Assembly: GCF_023055435.1 (NCBI RefSeq)
Contig: NW_025964235.1
Location: forward strand, 1,612,001-1,676,000
DNA length: 64,000 bases
Direction: 5' to 3'
From: Haliotis rufescens
Taxonomy: Eukaryota
Part shown: in pieces, positions 22,715-34,833 of the stretch
Numbering within the stretch: position 1 is the stretch's first letter
How the letters are laid out: every line of letters starts with the position of its first letter
The notes under the pieces: generated by a model
The model's input: the letters and a program-made list of their open reading frames with translations, nothing else
What the model was told of the DNA's origin: nothing
The model's database searches: none
Made by a program: the position numbers and the translations under genes

Positions 22715-23791
22715 ATGGCTGCAGAACGGGGGAAGATGCCTGCTGCAGATGAGAAGTGCATCCAGACACATATAATGGACATAGAGGTGGAGCTGGACGC
22801 CAAGGACATCACTGGAACTCTCTACTCCAAGAACGTCATCGACCTGAAGGACATGCAACACATCGAGTCTGGAGCCACCCGAGCTGACAGAACCAAGAGA
22901 CTCCTGGATATCCTCATGTTCAGAGGTACCAATTCCTTCAGTGTCTTCTTGTATGCACTCGACACTATGGGATACAAGGACCTTGTGCAGAAGCTACGAA
23001 CCACCAAGGAGTCCAATAGTCTGACTTCATCATTACAGAGAAGACATGCTGAAACACAGCTTGCTAGAGAGTTCACTGATCTGAACAAGCGTATTGAGAC
23101 TATCATGGGAGCCTTAGATAGACAGGCGCGTAGGATTGATGAAATGTTTGAGTCAAAGGAAAGCTATGCAACGAAAGAAGAACTCGAGGGTTTGAGGCTG
23201 GAATTGGCAACCAAGGAAGAATTGCAAACCTTTCGGGAAGAAATATCAGCATCAATGGCGAATCTGACAACAACGTTGAACAACATCAAGGAGATGTCTC
23301 ACGTGAAGGATGACAATCTGGTCACGATTCAGTCACTAAAAGAACAAGTTCGAAAAAAAGATGAACTGCTTGAAATGGCTCGAAGTCAAATCGCTGACCT
23401 TCAGACAAAGGTTTCAAATCTGGAGGAAGAAAACAGATGCCTTAGAAAGACCATTCAGCAACAGCAAGGGGATATCGCAAACTTGGAGGCGGTGGTCCAA
23501 GAGGAAATATTCGAGCGCAGGACAGCAGAAGCACGGTATCGCAGAGACATTGCGGACATTCAGAAGAGGAGAAACGAAGACCTGCAGCAGATGGAGATGA
23601 AGAGAGAAGAAGACAGAAGAAGACGGGAGAGCGAAAGACGAGAAGATCGACAGCAAATTGAAGAGTTGAAGGAAAATATTGAGAATCAACTCAAGACCAT
23701 CAGTCAGGCAAATACCGGTCGTGCGCAGACAGCTGGAACCGCTGTCTATGGTGTCAGGAAACCCATCCACCGTAGAAACGCCTGGAATTGA
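22715..23791 (+). CDS. CARD-domain plus coiled-coil protein 1 (358 aa, single coding exon)
   Basis: caccATGG Kozak context. N-terminal CARD (...ELDAKDITGTLYSKNVI...TRADRTKRLLDILMFRGTNSFSVFLYAL...YKDLVQKL), then about 250 aa of heptad- and E/K/R-rich coiled coil; no catalytic domain; AATAAA at about 24618. Confidence 0.88.
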   Translation: MAAERGKMPAADEKCIQTHIMDIEVELDAKDITGTLYSKNVIDLKDMQHIESGATRADRTKRLLDILMFRGTNSFSVFLYALDTMGYKDLVQKLRTTKESNSLTSSLQRRHAETQLAREFTDLNKRIETIMGALDRQARRIDEMFESKESYATKEELEGLRLELATKEELQTFREEISASMANLTTTLNNIKEMSHVKDDNLVTIQSLKEQVRKKDELLEMARSQIADLQTKVSNLEEENRCLRKTIQQQQGDIANLEAVVQEEIFERRTAEARYRRDIADIQKRRNEDLQQMEMKREEDRRRRESERREDRQQIEELKENIENQLKTISQANTGRAQTAGTAVYGVRKPIHRRNAWN

Positions 23792-23967
23792 GACTGTAGC
23801 CAGTGCCATTGTCTGTGTGATACTCTCGTTCATGATGTCCATACAATGTAAGCTTCCAACTTGAGTCAGTTAAACTGTTGTGACTTCTGTGGCTTCCGAT
23901 GAGACACACGCACCCGTTAAGTCTGATATGATTATTGCACTTTTCTCATTATTCGTGTGTGTGTTGC

Positions 23968-24300
23968 ACTGACAGAAATAGTTAGTAAAGTTTACTTACT
24001 TACTTGGTGAATTTAACTGTCTACTAAGACACTAACTTGTTAAATTTTACTAACCAGTAAGTAACTTTTTGCTAATTAGACTAGTATAGGTGGCCTATCG
24101 TAGACTAGTACAATTTACTTATCAGTTGGTAGAGATTACTATCCAAGAATCTCCTTCTCATAATTTTCTAACTGCAATAGTATCTTTACTAGTTTTACTA
24201 GATTTTACTAAAGGCTCGTATGTTGATCATTTTGCGTTCCCTGAATTTGCCCCCAAAACAAGTAAATAGCATAAACAATACAGGAGAATGATTATCAGTG
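23968..24300. mobile_element. CACT-ended MITE-like element; related longer copy at about 28871-29680
   Basis: cactgacagaaatagtt at 23968 is the reverse complement of aactatttctgtcagtg at about 29664-29680; both copies share (agtaa/ttact)-rich subterminal repeats. Confidence 0.5.
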
Positions 24301-24447
24301 GCAATTGTAAGTTTATTTACACAGTGCTACGAAAATGTAATTGACGGGTAAATAAACTAAACTAGTAGTGTTTCACACTGGGAAACTTAACAAAACCTCC
24401 CTTCTCCCTTCTTTATTGAGTACATGCTCATGCTAAGCTCTTAGTTC

Positions 24448-24483
<36 letters not shown>

Positions 24484-25167
24484 CTCTCTCTCTCCTCTCT
24501 CTCTCTTTCTCTCTCCCTGTGTCTGTAATTGACGTTCCGTGTGGATATGGATTTCTTGAATCTGTAGATTTACATCTGTTGTATGTACCTGCTGTGAAGA
24601 ATTAGATTTCATGTGTGAATAAAGGCTTGGCTACACTCTGGACACCTGTAATCTCGAAGACACTTTGTTTTAGTTTTGGTTAAAACTAAGTTCTTCATCA
24701 CTACTTATCAACTAATACATATTGATGTTGTGGGTATATGCACTTGCACTCACGCTTAACACTGTCCACAACAAGTGGGTATGATACGATTTCCGAACGT
24801 TTGTTGTGTGCCTGAAACGCTGATATATGTGAACGCATATCCCGGCATATTGTATTAATTTCCTAGAGCTCGTTTCGTGACGGCGGTTTGTAAACAATCG
24901 GGCCTTGTCCCGATAACGCAGTCACATGGATTGCATATTACTGAGCACTGGGTTACAACAAAAACCAACATATCGTGATCAGTCCTTTGAACATGTATGG
25001 CCTGGTGCCAATAGACCACGTTATCTCGTTGTATCAACAGACTTAAGTTATTCAAGTACGTTATGTAACACGCATATATCTGGCGCTAGGAATAGCGCCA
25101 CGACCATGTAGCTAACCTGACACAAACATGGCAGTATACAAATATTACTTGTTCACATGTTCACATG

Positions 25168-25415
25168 CTTTGTTTGTTTGTTTTGTTTCTTGTTTAGCGT
25201 CGCACTCAGCAATATTCCAGCTATATGACGACGATCTGTAAATAATCGAGTCTGGACCAGACAATCCAGTGATGGACATCATGCGCATCGATCCACGCAT
25301 TTGGGCTACGATGACATTCATCAACCAAATCAACGAGCCTGACCATCCGATCCTGTTAGTCGCCTTTTACAGCAAGCATGGGTTTCTGAAGACCTACTTT
25401 ACCCCGGATCTCTAT
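25168..25415 (-). mobile_element. SINE family A, near full length
   Basis: Reverse complement of the family A consensus. Confidence 0.88.
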
Positions 25416-25734
25416 GGATCCGCTTCTTCTTTAGTTGGTCCACTTCTTCAGCAGCCGTCCAACAGCTAAACAATTATTAATATCAGCATGGACCGTTAGC
25501 TTTAACGTCAGTGAATATCGCACCATAAATAATGCACAGAAGATTCAGCTTCTTTGTTTTTGGAAAATGTCTGATTGGCCTATCCGAATTATTCTAGTTT
25601 AAGCGATGCCGGCGACCTAGAGTCTTATCGCTGGGGATGTAATAATGTTATAAGAGGTGTTTGAGGGCCTGGTCAAAATGCAATTGTAAAATCAATACAA
25701 GGTATCAATAAACGGAAACACACGTACTACATCG

Positions 25735-25978
25735 CAACGTTCACTGCGTTCTGACAACGTTCACCGCGTTCTGACAACGTTCACTGCGTTCTGACAACGT
25801 TCACTGCGTTCTGACAACGTTCACCGCGTTCTGACAACGTTCATTGCGTTCTGACAACGTTCACCGCTTTCTGTACAACGTTCATTGCGTTCTGACAACG
25901 TTCACTGCGTTCTGACAACGTTCACCGCGTTCTGACAACGTTCACCGCGTTCTGACAACGTTCACTGCGTTCTGACAA
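25735..25978. repeat. 20-bp minisatellite (about 12 copies)
   Basis: Unit acaacgttcacygcgttctg. Confidence 0.96.
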
Positions 25979-26237
25979 ACCGAATGACGAATGAATGGAC
26001 GCATACTAGCGCAGACAGCTGACAGCTGATAGAGCTTCACGCAAACCTGGATTAGCTCCAGCGATTTGGTGATGTTTTTTTCACCTGGCTCAGGTGAGCC
26101 ACATATCCAAACTCTACTTCCCTCTTTGCGTGTATAGCAAATTAACAATGCAGATTATTACGGTGGCGCAATAGTATTCAAAGGGTAGCCGAGCATTGAG
26201 AAACAAACAAACGTTTCACGCCACTCTGAGATCATCG

Positions 26238-27853
26238 CAGTCGGTACACCTACCAGCACAGTCGATACACCTACCAGCACAGTCTATACACCTACCAGCA
26301 CAATCGATACACCTACCAGCACAGTCTATACACCTACCAGCACAGTAGGTACACCTACCAGCACAGTCGGTACACCTACCAGCACAGTCTATACACCTAC
26401 CAGCACAGTCGATACACCTACCAGCACAGTCGGTACACCTACAGTCGGTACACCTACCAGCACAGTCGGTACACCTACCAGCACAGTCGGTACACCTACC
26501 ACCACAGTCTATACACCTACCAGCACAGTCGATACACCTACCACCACAGTCGGTACACCTACCAGCACAGTCTATACACCTACCAGCACAGTCTATACAC
26601 CTACCAGCACAGTCTATACACCTACCAGCACAGTCGATACACCTACCACCACAGTCGGTACACCTACCAGCACAGTAGGTACACCTACCAGCACAGTCGA
26701 TACACCTGCCAGCACAGTCGGTACACCTACCACCACAGTCGGTACACCTACCAGCACAGTCGGTACACCTACCAGCACAGTCGGTACACCTACCACCACA
26801 GTCTATACACCTACCAGCACAGTCGATACACCTACCACCACAGTCGGTACACCTACCAGCACAGTCTATACACCTACCAGCACAGTCTATACACCTACCA
26901 GCACAGTCTATACACCTACCAGCACAGTCGATACACCTACCACCACAGTCGGTACACCTACCAGCACAGTAGGTACACCTACCAGCACAGTCGATACACC
27001 TGCCAGCACAGTCGGTACACCTACCACCACAGTCGGTACACCTACCAGCACAGTCGGTACACCTACCAGCACAGTCGGTACACCTACCACCACAGTCTAT
27101 ACACCTACCAGCACAGTCGATACACCTACCACCACAGTCGGTACACCTACCAGCACAGTCTATACACCTACCAGCACAGTCTATACACCTACCAGCACAG
27201 TCTATACACCTACCAGCACAGTCGATACACCTACCACCACAGTCGGTACACCTACCAGCACAGTAGGTACACCTACCAGCACAGTCGATACACCTGCCAG
27301 CACAGTCGGTACACCTACCACCACAGTCGGTACACCTACCAGCACAGTCGGTACACCTACCAGCACAGTCGGTACACCTACCACCACAGTCTATACACCT
27401 ACCAGCACAGTCGATACACCTACCACCACAGTCGGTACACCTACCAGCACAGTCTATACACCTACCAGCACAGTCTATACACCTACCAGCACAGTCTATA
27501 CACCTACCAGCACAGTCGATACACCTACCACCACAGTCGGTACACCTACCAGCACAGTAGGTACACCTACCAGCACAGTCGATACACCTGCCAGCACAGT
27601 CGGTACACCTACCACCACAGTCGGTACACCTACCAGCACAGTCGGTACACCTACCAGCACGGTCTATACACCTACCAGCACGGTCTATACACCTACCAGC
27701 ACAGTCGGTACACCTACCAGCACAGTCGGTACACCTACCAGCACAGTCGGTACACCTACCAGCACAGTCGGTACACCTACCAGCACAGTCGATACACCTA
27801 CCAGCACAGTCGATACACCTACCAGCACAGTCGATACACCTACCAGCATAGTC
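26238..27853. repeat. 21-bp minisatellite with a 294-bp (14-unit) higher-order repeat
   Basis: Unit cacagtcggtacacctaccag; identical variant blocks recur every 294 bp (track ORFs start at 26799, 27093 and 27387). Confidence 0.96.
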
Positions 27854-28120
27854 GTGGGGTGTTAGTATGACGTCACTGCCTTATGCACCCGGGAATAACA
27901 CATTATAACTCATTATGATAATAAATAAGGCGACAAAACCTTTCCATATCCAGAAATCTGTACATACAGCAGAGTCGAGACACGCTTCCGAGTTTTTTTA
28001 TGAGCATGTGTTTATGAATCACTATTAAATAGTAATGACATGTTTGTTCAGAACAAACAACGAAATGCATAAAACAGAACAAATTGAATCAAGCTGTTCT
28101 AATTCGATTACCGACCTTGG

Positions 28121-28367
28121 TGACCCGTGAAGATCCGGGGAAGAATGGACAAATTCATGCTTGTCGTAAAAGGCGACTCACGGGATCGGGTGGGTCAGGC
28201 TCGCTGACTTGGTTGATACATGTCATCGTTTCCCAATTGCATGGATTGAAGCTCGTGATGTCAATCACTGGATTGTCTGGTCCAGACTCGATTATTTAAA
28301 GACCACTGTCATATAGCTGGAATATTGCGGAGAGTGGCGTTAAATAACAACTAAACAAATAAACAAA
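28121..28367 (+). mobile_element. SINE family A
   Basis: Head gacccgtgaagatccgggg through the aacaa tail. Confidence 0.88.
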
Positions 28368-31300
28368 CCGACATTGGTCCTGTTCGAATCATGAAGTGGT
28401 TTGTTTGTATACACCGTCAACCGGACAGCTCTTGTTTGGGGGTACCTCGCTACTATCACAGCTGGGTACTTAAGCAGTATCTCTTGTGGTTTTAAACCTA
28501 TTTCGGACATTGGTCAACAACTATCTTGAATCGGTTTCTTGTATAAAGTTCGAGAATTGACATTTCGACACAACACTGACACAGGCCTCACGAACGAAAG
28601 TAGGAAAGATTTGAGAAATACCACAGCAGGATTTCCCAGGCGGACACCCACCAAGTACTGTCCCCGCCCATATGTGATTCACTTCGCTCAGCGGATGTGC
28701 TTTCACAGCTTTTGCCTCATTTTAAACGCGACTATCAAAACAAAATATGAGCAATGAGTTTGAGAGAGTGAATCATTTACGGGACAGCCGGTATGGCCAA
28801 AACCGGTGTGTCGGGAGCTCTGGCTCGGTCAGAGACGGGAACGCCGACCCCCAACTGCCAACAACACACTCACTTAGAAAATAGTCTAGTGAATTCTACT
28901 AACTTAATTAGTAACAGCGGCCAGAAGGGTAGTAGGTCAATTTACTATCCTGCCTGGTAGATTTCACGAAGATGCTGAAGATTAGTAAATATCACTTATT
29001 AAATTAGTTTAATCCACTACTTTAACCACATTGTAAAACATGTTTTAAGAATGTTAACATATACAAGACATGTTTAGGAATGTGTTTCAACCCTAAACGA
29101 TATACATTTGGTGTGTTCTATCTAAACGCGTTTAGGGTCTAAACAGATGAAATGAACTATCGCCTCATTTCCTAAACATCACCTTAACATGTTTAGAATT
29201 TATTAATAAAGTGCATATCATGAGGTTATAAGTCGAAAATGGATGAGAAGTATATATATTGACATTGAATGTGCAAATATATATGAAATAGCATATACGA
29301 AACGAACCTGGAAAATAGTAACAGAAACAAAACAAATAAACCAAGCAAACGGTGACCAGGAAATCAGCAGTTGTTACGACAACAGTCTCAGCAGCACAGG
29401 GGGTAGCGTGACGGACTATACATCGTGAGGTTGTAGGTTCGAATCCCACCGAGGTGTAAAATGATTTGTGTTCTCATCAATGTTTTGTTGCTGGATGCCA
29501 AATAGAACATATTTCACACCGGAAGCTGACAATTAAAGTATATCTGGTTACTACTTAAACTTTTAGTTTGTGACGATTGGCCACCAAGTAAAAGAAAAGT
29601 CTGCTAACATTTAAGTGTCTGAGGGAACAGTGCAATTCACTGACTATGTGAGTAAACTTTACAAACTATTTCTGTCAGTGCTGTAGCTTGTATATCACGT
29701 GACTGTTGTTGATGTTGCAAGGGTAGATACGGTCGAGGTAGATGCAGGTCACACCAAACATATCACGGAACATCGCTAGTATTCTTGAAGTTGTAATGCA
29801 TTCTAATCCCATAAACCACTGCGTGAACACGTGGCCGACCACCCGGGAACAACAACTGTCAGCGGTGGTCAGTCACGTGGACATTCCCAGATCGCTGTCA
29901 CACTGTCGACCATCTTCATGGGCCATTCTCTGAAACTATTTCCAACAATCACGAGACAGCAGGACACGATATTGAAACATGTTACTGTGTTAGACAAAAC
30001 TTAAAGTTTGACAACTGTAAGGAAAATATATTACATTATCTGGATGAGACGTGTAACTTAGCAACATAATCCAGGGGATAATTGTTATGATTCTTCATTA
30101 ATGTAGGTCGTAATTGCAATTAAGGATTTGTTTTCACTGATTTTCATATTAAAAATATTTCAAGATATTCGGTAACTACAAATATATCATATAGGTAAAC
30201 ATTCAGTTTCTAAAAAGAACCTGAACTATTTTGATGTAATACACAACAAGCAAGCTTCAATAGGTCAGTTATTCGTATTACTTAACTTGTTACCGTCTAT
30301 ATATATATGTGTGTGTGTGACTACAGCATACACTTGAGGGTGTGGCCTGGTTTGGCGCGTTGTAAACCATGTGCTCACTAGGTCGTGAAGTCGCTACATT
30401 CATTCTTAATCTTCCCAGCCCATCAGTGGCCGTCTAACACAGGGAGCAGTGTCAGGTGTCTTGTTAGCCCGGTAATAGTGTGATTGATTGTCTTTACCTC
30501 AGTGTATATGTTGGACTACCACACATGAGTGTGACTGCTATCTTGGCTGAAGGTACGTTGCAAGTGCTACTATAGTGCTGAACTTTTCAGTTTGAATCAC
30601 ATCTTATTAACAACACCAAGTATCAAAGTAACTTGTACGTCTGGGGCAGATATTTAGGGGCTAAACCTACTGTGTCCTGACATTTAAGGTAGTCTAACTG
30701 TATTTTAATTTCGAACTGAGCGCTTTATGTAATGTATAAATAAAAAGCATCTGATCTACGGCTAGACAACCTCGAACTTCAAAACACAGTAGGCTTATCT
30801 CCTCTCAACCATGGCGATACAAGAACGCATTGAAAACGGTACGTTTTGGACGCGTAATCACATATGGTAATTATTGATTAGTTCACACGACAACCTCCCA
30901 ATTGTCGGACAGCTTATTCCAGGAGTAGTCAAGGCTGGTTAGTCAAGCAATAGTTACCTGTTTACCTTTCATTGAAGTAGAACAGACCAGAATACAGACA
31001 TTTGGAGGAATTTACAGGAGAGGTTTATCACGCTCTTTTAATCATCAACTCATACGAGAAACCACCCATTTTGACACATTCACCAGAAATCACATATTTG
31101 AATTATTTACAGGATATATGTATTCAGTTTTAATGTGGAACATTTTCACTATAACCATGCATACAGCAGACGGTAATGTTATCACTTTACATAAGAATTA
31201 ATAGTATAACATTTCTAGAAAGACTCTATATACACAATATACACTGAAACGTGTGATATCACACATTTTGAAGTATTGATACACTTGTGTTGATATGATT

Positions 31301-33102
31301 TCATTTTGACTTTTGGCTGCTCTGTTTATATAAGTTCGAGTAGCTGTCCATCTGTCAGAAATTGAGATAGGTTGGCCCCGGTATTGCATCTCTTGGCTAC
31401 AGGAGAGATCTACAGTTAGCGGATCTAACGGCAATTCTTGTTTTAACCGAGCCCGGGCTGGGACAATGTCTTAAGATTCCAGTAACAAGTGAGCAATGGA
31501 TTCAGGTTGATTGCATACATGGTCATAGTGCTTGTTGTGAATTCCTCAAAGCAAGTATATAGTACATGTGAGATTATACTCAGGTCATTAAACTCAGGTC
31601 ATGGAGAAGTTTAATCTATATAACGTGTTCTTATTCTACCTAAAAATGTATTTAATGAAAAGAATGCAAAACAAACTCAACGCTTATAAGGTTTTTATTA
31701 ATCTTCACTGAGTTTCCTATATTCTATATTTCCATAGCGACTGATTTACGACTACCATTGTCTGAAGTACATTTGACTCCAAAGGCAAATTACCCTGTAG
31801 CCATGTCTCCATAACTTAATTGTCATTACGTTTTAGGCGCTAATCCCCGTTGTTAATCCTCACCAACATTTCATTGTATATTGACTGACAGCCAACCTGG
31901 GCTACCTTATCACTTCCCGTTAATTACTGTTATTTATAGTATGACACGTATTAATTGTTGGGCTGCCAAATAAGTTGCTCACGGTGACGATGCCATTTTG
32001 AAATTGTACAAAAGAAGAGGACAACCCGGATCTGTAATTATTGCCAACATTAGCTCGATGAAACGGGCCGTGGCACAACCATTGCCCACGGAACCGGAAG
32101 TATGTTTAGTTGAAGACAAGCCGGTAATGCGTCACGAAACCTCCTCATGTGTCTGACACAGTGGTTCGTGTATATGTCACTTAATTGTATGTGTTCTGAA
32201 AATAGATTTGATCATGTTTGATAAGCTGTCATAACCAAGTGTTTGTGCAGTGTTCAGTCACTGACTACTCCCGGTAATACTCAACTATCCAATGTATACA
32301 GATCTAATCAGGAACTCTTTCTCACAGCTATAGCTGAACCTCTCCATGTGGAGGGTCACACCAGGTTAAGGATTAGTAAGCACAGAAGTCATGTTATGTT
32401 AAAGGTCACTAAACAATGAATCCATAGTGAAGTGTGCCGTGGTGTGCTCGTCTTGTTTGACGCTGCTGGGCTGGTGAAGAAGAAATTTGGCGTGCCCCAT
32501 CCTTCTTATGATGGTTGTGTTTCAATGGTTCTGATTTGTTTATAATAAGAAAATGCTACAACTGATGAAGCAAGATCATCTTCTTAAGTTAATGCAGCTC
32601 AGAAGGCTGCGAATGATAACTATGAGTAGTTTAGTCAAGATCTCATCATCTACCGTTATCTGTGGACGATGTTGATAAAACTGTTGATCTGAATGTGGTT
32701 TTAGCGTAGGAGTGTGGTTCGCCATAATAAATAAGGAATATTGAACAGACTAAACCTTAGAAATCTAACTTCTTAAGATAATGTTCTTATGGCCCATCAT
32801 CATTACCATCATCATCATTTATTCACAAAGTATAGGCCTACGGTGCTACAGCCAATCTTTAACATTTCTTTTCTCAAATTATAAGCCTAGAAAATAAACA
32901 TTCCAATTATTTTGCAAAGTATTCAAGTTGTTATCAGACATTAACATTTCTTTTCTTTTTTTTTGGGGGGGGGGGGGGGGGGGGGGGTCATCAAATTACG
33001 ATGTCACTGGTGTCCTAAGAAAAATGCTTCTTTGGCTTCTTGGCAAGTGTAGCGTCTGTGTATTTCATCATTCTCGTCACCTTTTAGATACACTGATACA
33101 CC

Positions 33103-33852
33103 ATGGCTGCAGAACGGGGGAAGATGCCTGCTGCAGATGAGAAGTGCATCCAGACACATATAATGGACATAGAGGTGGAGCTGGACGCCAAGGACATCAC
33201 GGGAACTCTCTACTCCAAGAACGTCATCGACCTGGACGACATGAAACACATCGACGCAGGCACAACCAGAGTTGAGAGAACAAACCGGTTCCTAGATATC
33301 CTCATGTCAAGAGGTACAGAGGCATTTCCGGTCTTCTTGCATGGACTCGAAGTTATGGGGTACAAGGACCTTCACATGAAACTCACAGCTACAAAGGATT
33401 CCATCAAACCGATTATAAAACAACCTTCTGAAGCACAATTTAGAAGCCAGTTCCGGGTCCTGCATCAGTACATCGAGAGGGTTGTGGCAGAGGTGGATAC
33501 ACGGGCTTCCAAGATGGATCTGATATTTGAATCAAAACGAAAATATGCCACGAAAGAAGAACTTAAAGTTTTGAGAAAAGATTTAGCTACCAAAGAGGAA
33601 TTGATAGCATTTCGGGATGAAATAGCCAGGTCAGCTGCAAATGTGACAGAAACTCTGAACAACATATATAAAATGTTTGAGGAAAATGTAGACCAACAGA
33701 CCTTGAAGGGTCAGAATGTAGGAAAGGATGACCTCGTGGCCACTGCTCAGACACACACTGACGAGCTGAGAGAAAAGGTTTCCTGTTTGGCAGAAGCAAG
33801 TAGAAAGCTGGAGAAGATCGTCAACCGCCACGACATAAATGATTTGAAATAA
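33103..33852 (+). CDS. CARD-domain plus coiled-coil protein 2 (249 aa; C-terminally truncated paralogue, possibly pseudogenising)
   Basis: ttttag acceptor and caccATGG. First 44 aa identical to gene 1; intact CARD; homology to gene 1 continues past the TAA with further stops. Confidence 0.78.
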   Translation: MAAERGKMPAADEKCIQTHIMDIEVELDAKDITGTLYSKNVIDLDDMKHIDAGTTRVERTNRFLDILMSRGTEAFPVFLHGLEVMGYKDLHMKLTATKDSIKPIIKQPSEAQFRSQFRVLHQYIERVVAEVDTRASKMDLIFESKRKYATKEELKVLRKDLATKEELIAFRDEIARSAANVTETLNNIYKMFEENVDQQTLKGQNVGKDDLVATAQTHTDELREKVSCLAEASRKLEKIVNRHDINDLK

Positions 33853-34639
33853 GTTATACAGAAATGAATATAAAAGAGAAAGAATGCTGAATCGCATTCT
33901 GAAAGCAACAGCGGGCAGATATGGTTCAGTCGAGGCCTGCCGGAAACGAAAAGAAGATATTGTAAGATTTTATAATATGTAATATGGAAATACCCATGCA
34001 TGGAGCGTGGCAATAGTTTAATCAAGATCCTAAAGTAAATGAATTTCCAGTGGATTGAGTAAGTTGAGACACTCATGGGTCCTTACTGCCGGAGGTGAGG
34101 CAAAAATTCGTGGTGCTTCCTTTGCATATTCCTGGTATATATTGATAACATTTCCATACGCGCTAGACAGAGGTCCCATACATACAGCAACACGTCGGCC
34201 ACAGCCGAAGCAGACCCGGTGAAGTGTGGTATTAGTTAGTCGTTCATGGGGCTGGTGGTGATACACACTAGGCCCTAACCCGGGGTTCAGTGAAGTCAGA
34301 TTAGGTTTTGCAACACAAGCTACTGCCATTGTTAGACAGGCCTACCAACTGGGACGTGGCAACACGGAGCTGTACCACAGTGTAGATGTCCCCCAGGTCG
34401 AGGTGTTGGAGTGTGACTGTAGTGGAGCAGTGCCACAGTGGAGATGTCCCCCAGGTCGAGGTGTTGGAGTGTGACTGTAGTGGAGCAGTGCCCGACATTG
34501 TGGCTACATGTGTTCTTGTATGTTTCACTGACTTTGTTGAAGCGGGATAAATGTATTGATCACAAATGCCAATGATAACATATGAAGTTCATGTAAGATC
34601 AGTGTTTTCCCGTTTTACTGTTATAGGTTATCAGGTTTC

Positions 34640-34833
34640 TGCGGCGACTAACAGGATCGGGTGGTCAGGCTCGCTAAATTGGTTGATGCATGTCATCGTA
34701 TCCCAGTTGCGTGGATCGATGTCAATGATGTAAATTACTGGCTTGTCTGTTCCAGACTCGATTATTTATAGACCGCCGTCATATAGCTGGAATATTGCTT
34801 AGTGTGGCATTAAACAACAAACAAACAAATAAA
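34640..34833 (+). mobile_element. SINE family A (5' truncated)
   Basis: ggcgactaacaggatcgggtggtcaggctcgc through aaacaacaaacaaacaaa. Confidence 0.88.

Noticed and set aside
29385-29455. tRNA gene
   Set aside because: A B-box is present, but there is no complete cloverleaf or acceptor stem; treated as a tRNA-derived fragment.
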